A DNA stretch of 64,000 nucleotides from Patescibacteria group bacterium (GTDB lineage Bacteria > Patescibacteriota > Patescibacteriia > GWA2-46-9). Of the stretch, positions 9,619 to 18,435 are shown piece after piece; positions within the stretch are counted from its first letter, which is position 1; each line of letters opens with the position of its first letter. The notes below the pieces were generated by a model. It worked only from the letters and a program-made list of their open reading frames with translations. It had not been told where the DNA came from and did no database searches. The position numbers were made by a program, and so were the translations under genes. The DNA is taken from positions 111,025-175,024 of the forward strand of contig JBAYUF010000003.1 in the NCBI GenBank assembly GCA_041675205.1, given 5' to 3'.

Positions 9619-10242
9619 TTATTGTTCTTCCGAGGCTGAAATTCCTTTATCCTCTCGGCGTCCGAGAATCGCGTTTTGCAAGGTAATTTCATCGGCGTAT
9701 TCAAGGAGTGCGCCGGTTGCCATGCCGCGAGCGAGTTGTGTGATTCTGATGTTGGCTCGTTGTCGTAGTTCTTGCTTCAGATAACTTGTGGTTGTTTCGC
9801 CGGCCGTGTCACTATCAAAGGCTAATAACACTTCGGTAACGTCCGGCTTGATTCTCGCCAGCAGCTCCGCAATTGGGAGGTTAGTCGCGTCAATGCCTGC
9901 TACGGGGTCTAATGTGCCGCCTAGGACGAAATAGAGCCCTTGGAAGGCACCTGTTTGTTCAATGGCGGTTATGGCGTTGTCTTCTGCCACTACACACAGC
10001 TGCGAACCGTTGCGTGATGAGTTGGCACAAATAGGGCATAGGACTGCCTCGCTCAGCTGTCGACATTTTTCACACAATCGCAATTCCTGCTGCACGAGGA
10101 GCAATGCCTGACTGAGCTCTTTAACTCGTCGTGAGTCACTGCGAACAATGTGGTAGGCAAAACGAATGGCGGTGCGTCGTCCAACGCCAGGGAGAAGTAA
10201 AAACGTCTCAATGAGACGCTGCAAGGGCAGCGGGTAGCGCAT
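9619..10242 (-). CDS. recR: recombination protein RecR
   Basis: The HhH N-terminus, a C4 zinc finger (CEKC...CPIC) and a Toprim domain are present. Confidence 0.9.
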   Translation of the reverse strand: MRYPLPLQRLIETFLLLPGVGRRTAIRFAYHIVRSDSRRVKELSQALLLVQQELRLCEKCRQLSEAVLCPICANSSRNGSQLCVVAEDNAITAIEQTGAFQGLYFVLGGTLDPVAGIDATNLPIAELLARIKPDVTEVLLAFDSDTAGETTTSYLKQELRQRANIRITQLARGMATGALLEYADEITLQNAILGRREDKGISASEEQ

Positions 10243-10245
10243 ACC

Positions 10246-11634
10246 TTAGAATGACGGGCCGTTGTTGTCAGCTGAGCGATCCAAGTTGCGGAAGCTGGTT
10301 AGACTTTCGTCGAAGTATAAATCTACTTTTCCAGTCGGACCATTACGATGTTTCTCAATATAAATTTCAGCAATGTTTCGGTCTTCAAGTGACACGGTGT
10401 CGCGCAAGCTTCTGTCCATAGCTTTTCGGTAAATGAACATGACCACATCCGCGTCTTGCTCAATGGCCCCAGATTCCCGTAGGTCGGCGAGCTTCGGAAT
10501 TGACGGGCTTCTAGCCTCAACTGCACGTGATAACTGCGACAAGGCCACAACCGGAATCTGCAGTTCTCGAGCTAGCCCCTTAAGTGCACGGCTGATTTCA
10601 GAAATTTCCTGCACGCGGCTTTCGCTCTTTCCTCTGCCTTCCATGAGCTGTAGGTAGTCGACGATGAGCAGTCCCAAACCTCGCTCCATTTGTAAGCGTC
10701 TGGCTCTGGCGCGAATTTCCATGACGTTCGCCATAGCACCGTCATCAATGTAGATTGGTGCTTCGGCGAGTGCGCCCATGGCGCGGCCAATGCGAGAGAA
10801 ATCGTCATCAGCTCCGCGGTCTGATAAACGGCCGGTGCGCATTTTCCAAAGGTCAACGCCAGCCTCGGCGCAGAGCACACGGTCTACGAGTTGTTCCTTA
10901 GACATTTCTAAACTGAAGATGCCCACTGGAATTTTTTCGTGGAGCGCCACATGGCGAGCAATGTCGAGGGCCAGCGATGTTTTTCCAATTGATGGTCGGG
11001 CGGCGATAATGATGAGGTCAGACTTTTGTAGTCCAGCAAGAATGTTATCGATTTCTTTGTAGCCCGTTGGAATGCCTCGAAGTTTGCCGCTCTGCCGGTG
11101 TAATTCATCAATACGGTCGAAAGCTTCGGTGAGCAGCGACTTCATCGGCGTAAAAATATGCCGCAAGTACTTCTGGGTCACCCGAATGAGTCCTTGTTCA
11201 GCCTTGTCGAGCGTCACTTGCAAATCGTCACTTTCGTCGTACCCAAGGCCAGTGATAGTTGTTCCGGCATCGATGAGTCGGCGAAGCGTTGCTTTTCGTT
11301 GCACAATTTCACCATAGTGACTGACGTGCGATGCGGCTGGTACGCTGTTTGAAAGCGATGCGAGGTAGCTGCGCCCACCAACCTTTTCTAGAACACCTTG
11401 CTCTTCAAGACGGGTGCTTAAGCTCAGAACGTCGATTGGCTCTTGCTTGGCAAATAAGCTGAGCATCGACTCATAAATAAGACGATGTTGGTCTTTATAG
11501 AAATCATCAGGTGTCACCGAGTCGGCCACCTTAACGATGGCTTCTTTTGATAGCAAAATTGAGCCGAGCAGTGATTGCTCAGCCTCGATGCTTTGCGGCG
11601 GTATTTTGGCGACTCCTGAATTATTATCTGCCAT
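10246..11634 (-). CDS. dnaB: replicative DNA helicase DnaB
   Basis: The DnaB N-terminal domain (SIEAEQSLLGSILL), a Walker A motif (ARPSIGKTS) and RecA-like motifs are present. Confidence 0.9.
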   Translation of the reverse strand: MADNNSGVAKIPPQSIEAEQSLLGSILLSKEAIVKVADSVTPDDFYKDQHRLIYESMLSLFAKQEPIDVLSLSTRLEEQGVLEKVGGRSYLASLSNSVPAASHVSHYGEIVQRKATLRRLIDAGTTITGLGYDESDDLQVTLDKAEQGLIRVTQKYLRHIFTPMKSLLTEAFDRIDELHRQSGKLRGIPTGYKEIDNILAGLQKSDLIIIAARPSIGKTSLALDIARHVALHEKIPVGIFSLEMSKEQLVDRVLCAEAGVDLWKMRTGRLSDRGADDDFSRIGRAMGALAEAPIYIDDGAMANVMEIRARARRLQMERGLGLLIVDYLQLMEGRGKSESRVQEISEISRALKGLARELQIPVVALSQLSRAVEARSPSIPKLADLRESGAIEQDADVVMFIYRKAMDRSLRDTVSLEDRNIAEIYIEKHRNGPTGKVDLYFDESLTSFRNLDRSADNNGPSF

Positions 11635-11677
11635 AGGTAGTTCATGTACTGTACGCCTGCTTTACGCTTCATTCAAG

Positions 11678-11706
11678 TTGCGCTTTTGTCTGGTATTTCG
11701 TATATT
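11678..11706 (+). promoter_or_regulatory. sigma70-like promoter upstream of tRNA-Lys (TTGCGC-17-TATATT)
   Basis: Hexamers TTGCGC and TATATT are separated by a 17 nt spacer and end about 12 nt before the tRNA 5' end. Confidence 0.4.
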
Positions 11707-11717
11707 TCGTCGCATGC

Positions 11718-11789
11718 GCTCCGGTAGCTCAGTGGTAGAGCAGTGGCCTTTTAAGCCAATGGTCGCAGGTTCGATCCCTGCCCGGGGCA
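11718..11789 (+). tRNA. tRNA-Lys (anticodon UUU)
   Basis: The cloverleaf was folded manually. Acceptor GCTCCGG/CCGGGGC, D-arm GCTC-AGTGGTA-GAGC, anticodon loop CTTTTAA and T-arm GCAGG-TTCGATC-CCTGC fit. CCA is not encoded. Confidence 0.8.
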
Positions 11790-11912
11790 AAAAACCTTAA
11801 GGACAACCCGTCGGGTTTTCCTTAATATTCCTTTCCTTCAGCACAGGTCGCTCGTTTCTTCTTCCGCGCAGTAGCAGGCTTTGCCCTACCGCCACCGTGC
11901 TCAGAAGAAACT
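11790..11912 (+). repeat. conserved ~120 nt tRNA-downstream element (copy A), homologous to 18601-18725
   Basis: The shared core TTCCTTAATATTCCTTTCC plus flanking blocks CCCG.TC, AGGTCG.TC and CCGCCACCGTGCTCA(G/C)AA match at about 70% identity by eye. Confidence 0.5.
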
Positions 11913-11926
11913 CGCTATGATTTGAA

Positions 11927-12493
11927 ATGAACAAAAAAATTACTCTATTCATATTCGTAACTCTTGTCGCTCTGCTCATTGTGGGTGTGAGCTATTTTTT
12001 ATTTACAAAAGAAGTGGTTAAAGTTCCGGATGAAACGCAGCCGATTGTAAATGTGCCAGTGGAGTCATTACCGCCAGAGCCGGTAATGGTTAGCGAAGAG
12101 AGTACTGTTTCTGTTGCTACAGATAAGTCAGTCTATGCACTTGGAGAAACAATTCCAGCCATGGTTACAAATAATACCGAGTCGGCTATATGGCTGAGTA
12201 CCGCTTGCGGTATGCCTATAACGTTATTGAGGAAGAATGGCGAGACGTGGGAGCCTCATGGCGCATACCCTACAAAACGTTGCGCAGCCACCGCACCAAG
12301 TGTCGAATCTGGCGAAACGGTTAGTTACGTCTTGGATTTAGAAAATATGTACGCCCACACTTTTTTCAAAATTGAGCCTGGAACCTATAAGGTTGAAGTG
12401 GAGCATACGATTGTTGACGGAAAACTTTGGCCTGTAGCAAATTTTAGTTTTTTGAAGTCACAATCAGAAGAATTTAGAATTGTTCAGAAGTAG
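11927..12493 (+). CDS. hypothetical exported/membrane-anchored protein
   Basis: An N-terminal TM/signal segment (ITLFIFVTLVALLIVGV) is present. No known motifs. Confidence 0.5.
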   Translation: MNKKITLFIFVTLVALLIVGVSYFLFTKEVVKVPDETQPIVNVPVESLPPEPVMVSEESTVSVATDKSVYALGETIPAMVTNNTESAIWLSTACGMPITLLRKNGETWEPHGAYPTKRCAATAPSVESGETVSYVLDLENMYAHTFFKIEPGTYKVEVEHTIVDGKLWPVANFSFLKSQSEEFRIVQK

Positions 12494-12497
12494 TTTT

Positions 12498-13226
12498 ATG
12501 GACTCAACAAAACTTCTTTATCTCGAAGATTTTAATCTCTACGCTGGCACCGCTACTGTTTTAGGGATAATTGACGAAGAAGAAAGAAAGGTTATTTATT
12601 TGAATCAAACTATCTTTTACCCGCAAGGTGGTGGTCAGCCATATGACCAGGGCATAATTGAAAATGCCTCTGGGAAATTTTTAGTCGAAGAAGTACGTTT
12701 TGTTGAAGGGATTGTCAGACATGTAGGTTCATTTGAATCGGGCGATTTTAAAGAAGGTGAAATCGTTCAATGCTCGATCGATAAAACTCGTCGGGTGCTC
12801 AATAGTCGTCTCCATTCGGCTGGTCATGTTGTTGATATGGCCGTAAGTGCCCTAAAGCTCAATTGGGTTCCTGGTAAGGGATATCACTTTCCGAACGGTC
12901 CTTACGTCGAGTATGAAGCAAGCTTGGAAGGCTTAGACAAAGAAAAGTTGAGAACCAGTATCGAAGATTCATGTAATAATTTTGTTGCTGAAAATAGGAC
13001 AACAAAGCTCCTTTTCATACCAAAGGAGAAAATGCACGAAGTTTGTCACCATGTACCCGATTATTTACCTGAAGGTAAGCCAGCGCGGGTCGTGATGTAT
13101 GGGGATTTCGGTGTTCCTTGTGGTGGTACCCATGTCAGTAATTTATTATCCATTGGGCATATAGTGATTAGAAAAATTAAGTCCCAAGGTGACACTACTC
13201 GTGTGTCCTATGATGTCGATAGGTAA
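12498..13226 (+). CDS. AlaX-like tRNA editing protein (alanyl-tRNA synthetase editing-domain homolog)
   Basis: Contains FYPQGGGQPYDQG, HSAGHVVDMA and CGGTHV (Zn-binding HxxxH...CxxxH) motifs. The start is probably the ATG at 12498; the ORF track gives 12480. Confidence 0.7.
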   Translation: MDSTKLLYLEDFNLYAGTATVLGIIDEEERKVIYLNQTIFYPQGGGQPYDQGIIENASGKFLVEEVRFVEGIVRHVGSFESGDFKEGEIVQCSIDKTRRVLNSRLHSAGHVVDMAVSALKLNWVPGKGYHFPNGPYVEYEASLEGLDKEKLRTSIEDSCNNFVAENRTTKLLFIPKEKMHEVCHHVPDYLPEGKPARVVMYGDFGVPCGGTHVSNLLSIGHIVIRKIKSQGDTTRVSYDVDR

Positions 13227-13273
13227 AATGAATTTATTGCGGTAGGTCATTAAATTCCGTATGATAACCGTAC

Positions 13274-13936
13274 ATGAAAACAAATCTACCCATTACCCTC
13301 CGCGATAGTGAAACTGTACTCTTGGTGTGTCGGGAGCACTGGCTGAAATTGGCTGGTACGATTCTCGGCATCGCTATAATTTTTCTTTTACCCTTTTTTT
13401 TCCTAGCACCACTTTTTGATCTTGGCGTCATCGGCATCGCCGTTTTTGGATTCGTCATTTTTTGCTGCGCTTTTTACGCAATTCGCGAGTACTTTCGCTG
13501 GGACAGAACGCAGCTTGTTATTACCACAGCTCGTTTAGCGTACGTTGACCAACAGGGGTTGGTAACTCGTTTGATTGTAGAAGTTTTCTACCCACACTTG
13601 TTAGATGTAGAGCAGCAAACGAAAGGGGTACTGCAGACGCTTGGCAAATACGGCACGCTCTATATTCGAGCGGCCGGTCGACCAGAGGCGCTCGTAGTGG
13701 CGAACGTTCCGAAGCCTGCCGCAGTTCGCCAAGTTCTGCTTGATGCGCGCGATGCCTCGCTTGGTAGTCGTACGCAAGCGACCAAAGGTAGCTGGTGGTG
13801 GCAGCGTTTTACTGCCATGGAGCCAGTGGAGCAGCAACAGATGCTAGAACGGCTTTTCAGTAAAGTTGACGAGAGCACAATGCGTGATCTTTTCCGACCC
13901 GGAGTTTCGTCACCAGACACTGACGTTACAGAATGA
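13274..13936 (+). CDS. hypothetical membrane protein
   Basis: Two or three TM helices near the N-terminus. Confidence 0.45.
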   Translation: MKTNLPITLRDSETVLLVCREHWLKLAGTILGIAIIFLLPFFFLAPLFDLGVIGIAVFGFVIFCCAFYAIREYFRWDRTQLVITTARLAYVDQQGLVTRLIVEVFYPHLLDVEQQTKGVLQTLGKYGTLYIRAAGRPEALVVANVPKPAAVRQVLLDARDASLGSRTQATKGSWWWQRFTAMEPVEQQQMLERLFSKVDESTMRDLFRPGVSSPDTDVTE

Positions 13937-14316
13937 AGAATCTTCGAGCGCTGCTTCCAACAAGAAGTGAAGCCATGCCCTGGCTCTTGGGGTTGTTTTT
14001 AGTAGCGTTACTAGTTGGTAACACGCGTCTTCTTATTCGCCGACAGCAAATCAAGACCGAAGTGGCCGAGCTTAATGAGAAAGCCACTGAATTACAGCGG
14101 TCCAACCAGCAATTGCAATCGCTCTTGTCATACGTACAAACAGATACGTACACTGAAGAGCAAGCTAGGGTACGATTTAATTTAGCGAAACCCGGCGAGA
14201 AGCTATTTATTTTGCCGCAAGAGGGCGAGGAACTTGCGGCGGGTGGTGAGGAGCCAGCAACCGAGTCGGGTAGTCTAATCGCAAAATGGTGGAGATTCTT
14301 TTTTGTAAAACAATAG
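13933..14316 (+). CDS. septum formation initiator family protein (FtsB/DivIC-like)
   Basis: A single N-terminal TM is followed by a coiled coil (EVAELNEKATELQRSNQQLQSLL) and a C-terminal EEQARVRFNLAKPGEKLF motif typical of FtsB/DivIC. Confidence 0.6.
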   Translation: MKNLRALLPTRSEAMPWLLGLFLVALLVGNTRLLIRRQQIKTEVAELNEKATELQRSNQQLQSLLSYVQTDTYTEEQARVRFNLAKPGEKLFILPQEGEELAAGGEEPATESGSLIAKWWRFFFVKQ

Positions 14317-14317
14317 T

Positions 14318-15262
14318 ATGGCTGACAAAAACAACAAACCAGCAGCGATAACACCGGAAGAAAAAAAACACATGCACGATGTTGTTATAGAGTGGATAGG
14401 GGACACAGAGAAAGAAGAGAAGGAAAAAGCAAAGCCGCGTGTAAAAAAATCTGCACCACCGGTAGTCAAACCAAAAGAGGTTGCACAGCAGCCCGTGGTT
14501 ATGAAGCCTGCACCAGAGCCGAAACCAAAACCTAAGCCAGAAGTTGTCGTTAACCCTTTTGCTGCCGTTGAAACAACTGAAGAAGGTTACGCAGCCCCTA
14601 AAGAGATAACGAGCCCAACACCAGTACTCATGTTGCCAAAGCCGCACGTGCGACTACTGCCGATACTGTATAAGATTGCGCTCGCCTGTTTTATTGCTGT
14701 AGTTCTGACAGCGGGTGTAAGTGCGAAGTACAAAAAGTTTGATTACCCGTATCGGTATGCGCTTTCCTTTGTGCCACTGCCGTACGCCTCTCTTGGGACG
14801 CACCCAGTATTACTGAGTAAGGTCTTGGATGAAGCGGATGCAGTGAATAAATTTTATCAGCAGCAAAGCATCCCAGAATCCGCTCGGCCTTCCTTGGCAG
14901 CCATGCGTGATCAAGTGGCGAGTGAAGCCTTACGGCGCGCAGCGGCGAACGCCATAGCGGGTCGTTATGATGTTCGGGTTAGTAATAGTGAGCTTGCGGA
15001 AGCAACACAGAAACTCATCACAGAAGCTGGCTCACGCGAAATAGCTGAAGACGCTATAAAAAATCTTTGGGGGTGGAGCCTCAGAGATTACCAGCAAAAT
15101 GTCATTGAGCCCTATCTCTTGAAGCAAAAACTTGCTGAGGCATTAGCTAAGGATCCTTTAACAAGTCGCTTAATTCCACCAGGTAGCGATGGAGAGGTAA
15201 TTGATAATTATTTGGATACTATTGTGGAAAGTCGAGCGAGGATTTATTTGCCATTGCAGTAG
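14318..15262 (+). CDS. hypothetical membrane protein with Lys/Pro-rich low-complexity region
   Basis: A PEPKPKPKPE tract and one TM segment. No motifs. Confidence 0.45.
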   Translation: MADKNNKPAAITPEEKKHMHDVVIEWIGDTEKEEKEKAKPRVKKSAPPVVKPKEVAQQPVVMKPAPEPKPKPKPEVVVNPFAAVETTEEGYAAPKEITSPTPVLMLPKPHVRLLPILYKIALACFIAVVLTAGVSAKYKKFDYPYRYALSFVPLPYASLGTHPVLLSKVLDEADAVNKFYQQQSIPESARPSLAAMRDQVASEALRRAAANAIAGRYDVRVSNSELAEATQKLITEAGSREIAEDAIKNLWGWSLRDYQQNVIEPYLLKQKLAEALAKDPLTSRLIPPGSDGEVIDNYLDTIVESRARIYLPLQ

Positions 15263-15334
15263 CGCTTACGTACATGTATTTGACTTTTCTAGGTTTTTCT
15301 GTATAATAACTTTCTTATTTATTAATTAATTTAT

Positions 15335-15523
15335 ATGGAAGAAGAAAAAAAGGTAATTCCCGAGGATTGGAACGCAGATGACGAGTCAGCAGAGTCTGAA
15401 CCAGTGGCTGACGAAAATGCGTTAGAGCATGGGCCACGTATTCCGGCAGATGTTGAAGAGCTTGAAAATGGGCCACGTGTTCCAGCAGACTGGAATAAGC
15501 CAGAAGCAGAAGAAGTAGAATAA
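15335..15523 (+). CDS. small acidic protein with internal tandem repeat (GPR[IV]PAD...)
   Basis: A 62 aa ORF followed immediately by a strong terminator. It contains an internal repeat (EHGPRIPADVEELENGPRVPADWNKPE). Confidence 0.35.
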   Translation: MEEEKKVIPEDWNADDESAESEPVADENALEHGPRIPADVEELENGPRVPADWNKPEAEEVE

Positions 15524-15540
15524 AATCGAAGTTGAGGAAT

Positions 15541-15571
15541 AAAAAATACCGGCGAGAGCCGGTATTTTTTG
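15541..15571. terminator. rho-independent terminator (bidirectional, between convergent genes)
   Basis: AAAAAATACCGGC-GAGA-GCCGGTATTTTTT forms a perfect GC-rich stem flanked by an A-tract and a T-tract. Confidence 0.75.
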
Positions 15572-15595
15572 TATGCGTGACGAGAACAGAGGTTT

Positions 15596-15889
15596 TTAAC
15601 GGTTTTCTATTGAGTCCAGCCGCTGCCGTATGGCGTACAGGTGTGCTTTTGTAAGATCGTCATCCAGTGCGTGTGGGTCACTGGCAACGCGTTCAGCAAT
15701 GATGTCTAAAGCATGCTTTGCTTCGTACGCAAGCATTCGGGTTGCTGTTTCCTCTTTTGGGTCTGTGGTTTCAGCTTCGGGAAGAGGAGCGTTCCAATCA
15801 CGTTGATTCATAGAGCCTTCAGATTCACGTGGGGCCATAACTTTAGGGTTAAATAATAAGAAAAACATTGTATCTATCCTAAGATCCAC
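15596..15889 (-). CDS. hypothetical protein
   Basis: A 97 aa ORF downstream of the minus-strand tRNA pair. No motifs. Confidence 0.4.
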   Translation of the reverse strand: MDLRIDTMFFLLFNPKVMAPRESEGSMNQRDWNAPLPEAETTDPKEETATRMLAYEAKHALDIIAERVASDPHALDDDLTKAHLYAIRQRLDSIENR

Positions 15890-15990
15890 TGCTGTCTTTT
15901 CTACGCGGGATTACTGATCCTTCGCTGCGTATGTATGGCCAAGTCTGACTTGGCTGCGCTCGTCTAACGAAAGCGAGTTAGACTCGCTGG

Positions 15991-16063
15991 AGCCGAAGGT
16001 GGGAATCGAACCCACGACCTCTACTTTACGAAAGTATTGCTCTACCAACTGAGCTACTTCGGC
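15991..16063 (-). tRNA. tRNA-Thr (anticodon CGU)
   Basis: Folded manually from the reverse complement. Acceptor GCCGAAG/CTTCGGC, D-arm GCTC-AGTTGGTA-GAGC, anticodon loop TTCGTAA and T-arm GTGGG-TTCGATT-CCCAC fit. Confidence 0.8.
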
Positions 16064-16211
16064 GCATTCTTTTCTGTCTTCAAACGATAGTGAGTTTTTC
16101 TGAGCACGGCGGCGGTAGGGCATCGCCTGCTGTCGCGCGGAAGAAAAACGAACGGCCTCATGAGAAGGGAGGGAGTAAGGGGGGAACCGGAAGGTTCACC
16201 CTTGAGCTTTT

Positions 16212-16282
16212 AGCGGGATACGGGAATCGAACCCGTACTTAAACCTTGGGAAGGTCTCGTACTACCACTATACTAATCCCGC
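16212..16282 (-). tRNA. tRNA-Gly (anticodon CCC)
   Basis: From the reverse complement. Acceptor GCGGGAT/ATCCCGC, anticodon loop TTCCCAA and T-arm ACGGG-TTCGATT-CCCGT fit. Confidence 0.8.
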
Positions 16283-16292
16283 ACTTTGGGCA

Positions 16293-16403
16293 GTACGCCA
16301 TATGGCGTACGCTATACGATAACACAAAACTCATGGTGTCCTGAGCGTAGTCGAAGGACCATATCCCATACGGCGTACGCTATACGATAACACAAAACTC
16401 ATG
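16293..16403. repeat. intergenic repeats upstream of ftsE: 18 nt perfect palindrome plus 32 nt perfect direct repeat (x2)
   Basis: The palindrome GTACGCCATATGGCGTAC lies at 16293-16310. The repeat GGCGTACGCTATACGATAACACAAAACTCATG occurs at 16304-16335 and 16372-16403. A related GCCGTACGCAATACGCTGTAC lies at 16524-16544. Confidence 0.6.
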
Positions 16404-16567
16404 ATTTTTTATGATTGATTCTGAGCGGTCTTACTATTAGCTATTTGCTATTTGCTATTCGCCACTTAGAATTTGCTATACTATAGGTAACAGTGCTGGG
16501 AATGACAAGGAGTAGATAAGCTATACGCCGTACGCAATACGCTGTACACATTACACGTTAGCAAAGA

Positions 16568-17287
16568 ATGAAAAAAGAAGAAGTACAAAACTCAAAATCA
16601 AACAGAATGGTTTCATTACGTACGGTCAGTAAACATTATCCAGATGGAACGATTGCACTTCGGGGAGTGACGTTCGACGTCGAACCCGGAGATTTTATAT
16701 CTATTGTCGGTCGCTCTGGCGCTGGAAAGAGCACTCTGGTGCGAGTACTCCTCGCTGAAGAGCGGGTTACACGAGGGCAGGTCTCCATTGGTGGCTGGGA
16801 TATTACCGACATCGCTTCTCGGGATGTTGCTAATTTGCGGCGTCAAATTGGGGTCGTTTTTCAAGACTATAAACTACTGCCCAGAAAAACAGTGCTAGAA
16901 AATGTTGCCTTCGCTCTTGAAGTTTGTGGCATTCCGTCACGCCGCATTAACGAGGTTGTTCCGCAAATGTTGAAGTTGGTTGGTTTGGAAGGAAAGCGCC
17001 ACCAGTTTCCAGAGCAGCTTTCCGGTGGTGAGCAGCAACGGGTGAGCATTGCGCGAGCGCTTGTGCATCAGCCGAGACTTTTAATAGCTGACGAACCAAC
17101 GGGTAACCTCGACACTATTAACACGCAAGAAATAATTGAGCTTCTTAGAAAGATTAATCAGCTTGGAACAACTGTGCTTTTGGTTACGCACAATCGAGAT
17201 GTGGTGAACGCACTGAAACGCCGAGTCATAACGTTAGATGGGGGAGCAGTTGTGTCTGATCAATCAGTTGGTCGTTACGTTTTGTAA
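16568..17287 (+). CDS. ftsE: cell-division ABC transporter ATP-binding protein FtsE
   Basis: Walker A GRSGAGKST, the ABC signature LSGGEQQR and Walker B LLIADEPT are present. It is paired with ftsX. Confidence 0.85.
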   Translation: MKKEEVQNSKSNRMVSLRTVSKHYPDGTIALRGVTFDVEPGDFISIVGRSGAGKSTLVRVLLAEERVTRGQVSIGGWDITDIASRDVANLRRQIGVVFQDYKLLPRKTVLENVAFALEVCGIPSRRINEVVPQMLKLVGLEGKRHQFPEQLSGGEQQRVSIARALVHQPRLLIADEPTGNLDTINTQEIIELLRKINQLGTTVLLVTHNRDVVNALKRRVITLDGGAVVSDQSVGRYVL

Positions 17288-17288
17288 T

Positions 17289-18203
17289 ATGTTGACCGCC
17301 CTACTTAGAGTTGGAAAATTTGCCGTGCAATCAATGGTGCGGAATATCTGGCTGACCATTGCAACATTTAGCACCGTTGCGCTTACCGTGTTGGCGCTTA
17401 GCTCGCTGTTAGCGGTAAACGTTGCAGTGAACCAAATCGTGGCTTCGGTTGAGGATCGCATTAACGTAACCCTTTTCTTGCACCCTGTTACCACAGAGTC
17501 GCAAGCTAATTCTTTTATTTTAGCCATCAATGCCTTGCCTGACGTTTCGAACGTAACATTTCAAACCAGAGAACAAGTCTTGGCCGAGCAACTAGCAAGT
17601 GGGGACCCGGTTGTTTTGAAGTCGCTTGAGGCACTCGGTGAAAACCCATTTGGTCCGGCGGTCACGGTAGAGTCAAAATCGCCGGAAGGGTATTTACGCA
17701 TCATCCAAGAATTGCAGCAGCCGCAATTTGCAAACCTTATTGAAGGGGAGCAGAAGAATTTTGAAGAGAACCAGGCGTTCTTAAATGGATTGAATTCGTT
17801 TGCCAAGAAAATACGACTGGCAGGACTGGTAGTGGTTTGCTTCTTTGTTTTAATCAGTGCGTTAATGGTGTTTAACGCCATTCGGGTTGCCATATACACG
17901 CAGCGACAGGAAATAGGCGTTATGAGGCTTGTAGGGGCGTCTGTGGCCTTCATTCGTGGCCCGTTACTGTTAGAGCTAGTGTTTTACGCCATTGGCGCAG
18001 TGGTCATTGCAAATGGGGTAATCATCTATATCTTCAAGCTGGCGCAAGGTAGCTTTGATAGTTACTTCGGGCCCGGCATTATAAATGTGTCGAGCTACTT
18101 TATAGAGAACGCTCCAGCAATAATGGGTGCTGAGTTCCTCCTCATTTCGGTGCTTGGTTCATTAAGCACATATTTGGCTATACGGAGGCACCTTAATAGC
18201 TAA
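17289..18203 (+). CDS. ftsX: cell-division ABC transporter permease FtsX
   Basis: Topology is FtsX-like: TM1, a large periplasmic loop, then three C-terminal TMs. ATG 17289 immediately follows the ftsE stop; the ORF track gives 17238. Confidence 0.8.
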   Translation: MLTALLRVGKFAVQSMVRNIWLTIATFSTVALTVLALSSLLAVNVAVNQIVASVEDRINVTLFLHPVTTESQANSFILAINALPDVSNVTFQTREQVLAEQLASGDPVVLKSLEALGENPFGPAVTVESKSPEGYLRIIQELQQPQFANLIEGEQKNFEENQAFLNGLNSFAKKIRLAGLVVVCFFVLISALMVFNAIRVAIYTQRQEIGVMRLVGASVAFIRGPLLLELVFYAIGAVVIANGVIIYIFKLAQGSFDSYFGPGIINVSSYFIENAPAIMGAEFLLISVLGSLSTYLAIRRHLNS

Positions 18204-18361
18204 TAGCGCGTGGCAAATAGCAAATGGCTGGCGCAGGAACGGGTGCAAGGCGCGGGAGAGAAGGTTTACAGTATTGAGTAAATAGCGTATAGAAAATAGC
18301 TAATAGCACTGAGTGATGAGCCTTCCATAGGCCATTTGCTAACGGCTATTTGCCACCCTGG

Positions 18362-18435
18362 TGGGGGATCGTCTAATGGTAGGACAGCGGCCTTTGAAGC
18401 CGTGAATCATGGTTCGAATCCATGTCCCCCAGCCA
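18362..18435 (+). tRNA. tRNA-Gln (anticodon UUG), CCA encoded
   Basis: Acceptor TGGGGGA/TCCCCCA, anticodon loop CTTTGAA, T-arm CATGG-TTCGAAT-CCATG, discriminator G, then CCA. Confidence 0.85.

Noticed and set aside
9631-9642. Second copy of GAGGCTGAAATT just inside the recR 3' end
   Set aside because: It is a short 12 nt duplication of the terminator stem, with no evident independent function.
16304-16403. CRISPR array considered for the 32 nt perfect direct repeats
   Set aside because: There are only two copies with a single 36 nt spacer-like gap. There are no further repeats and no cas genes anywhere in the window.
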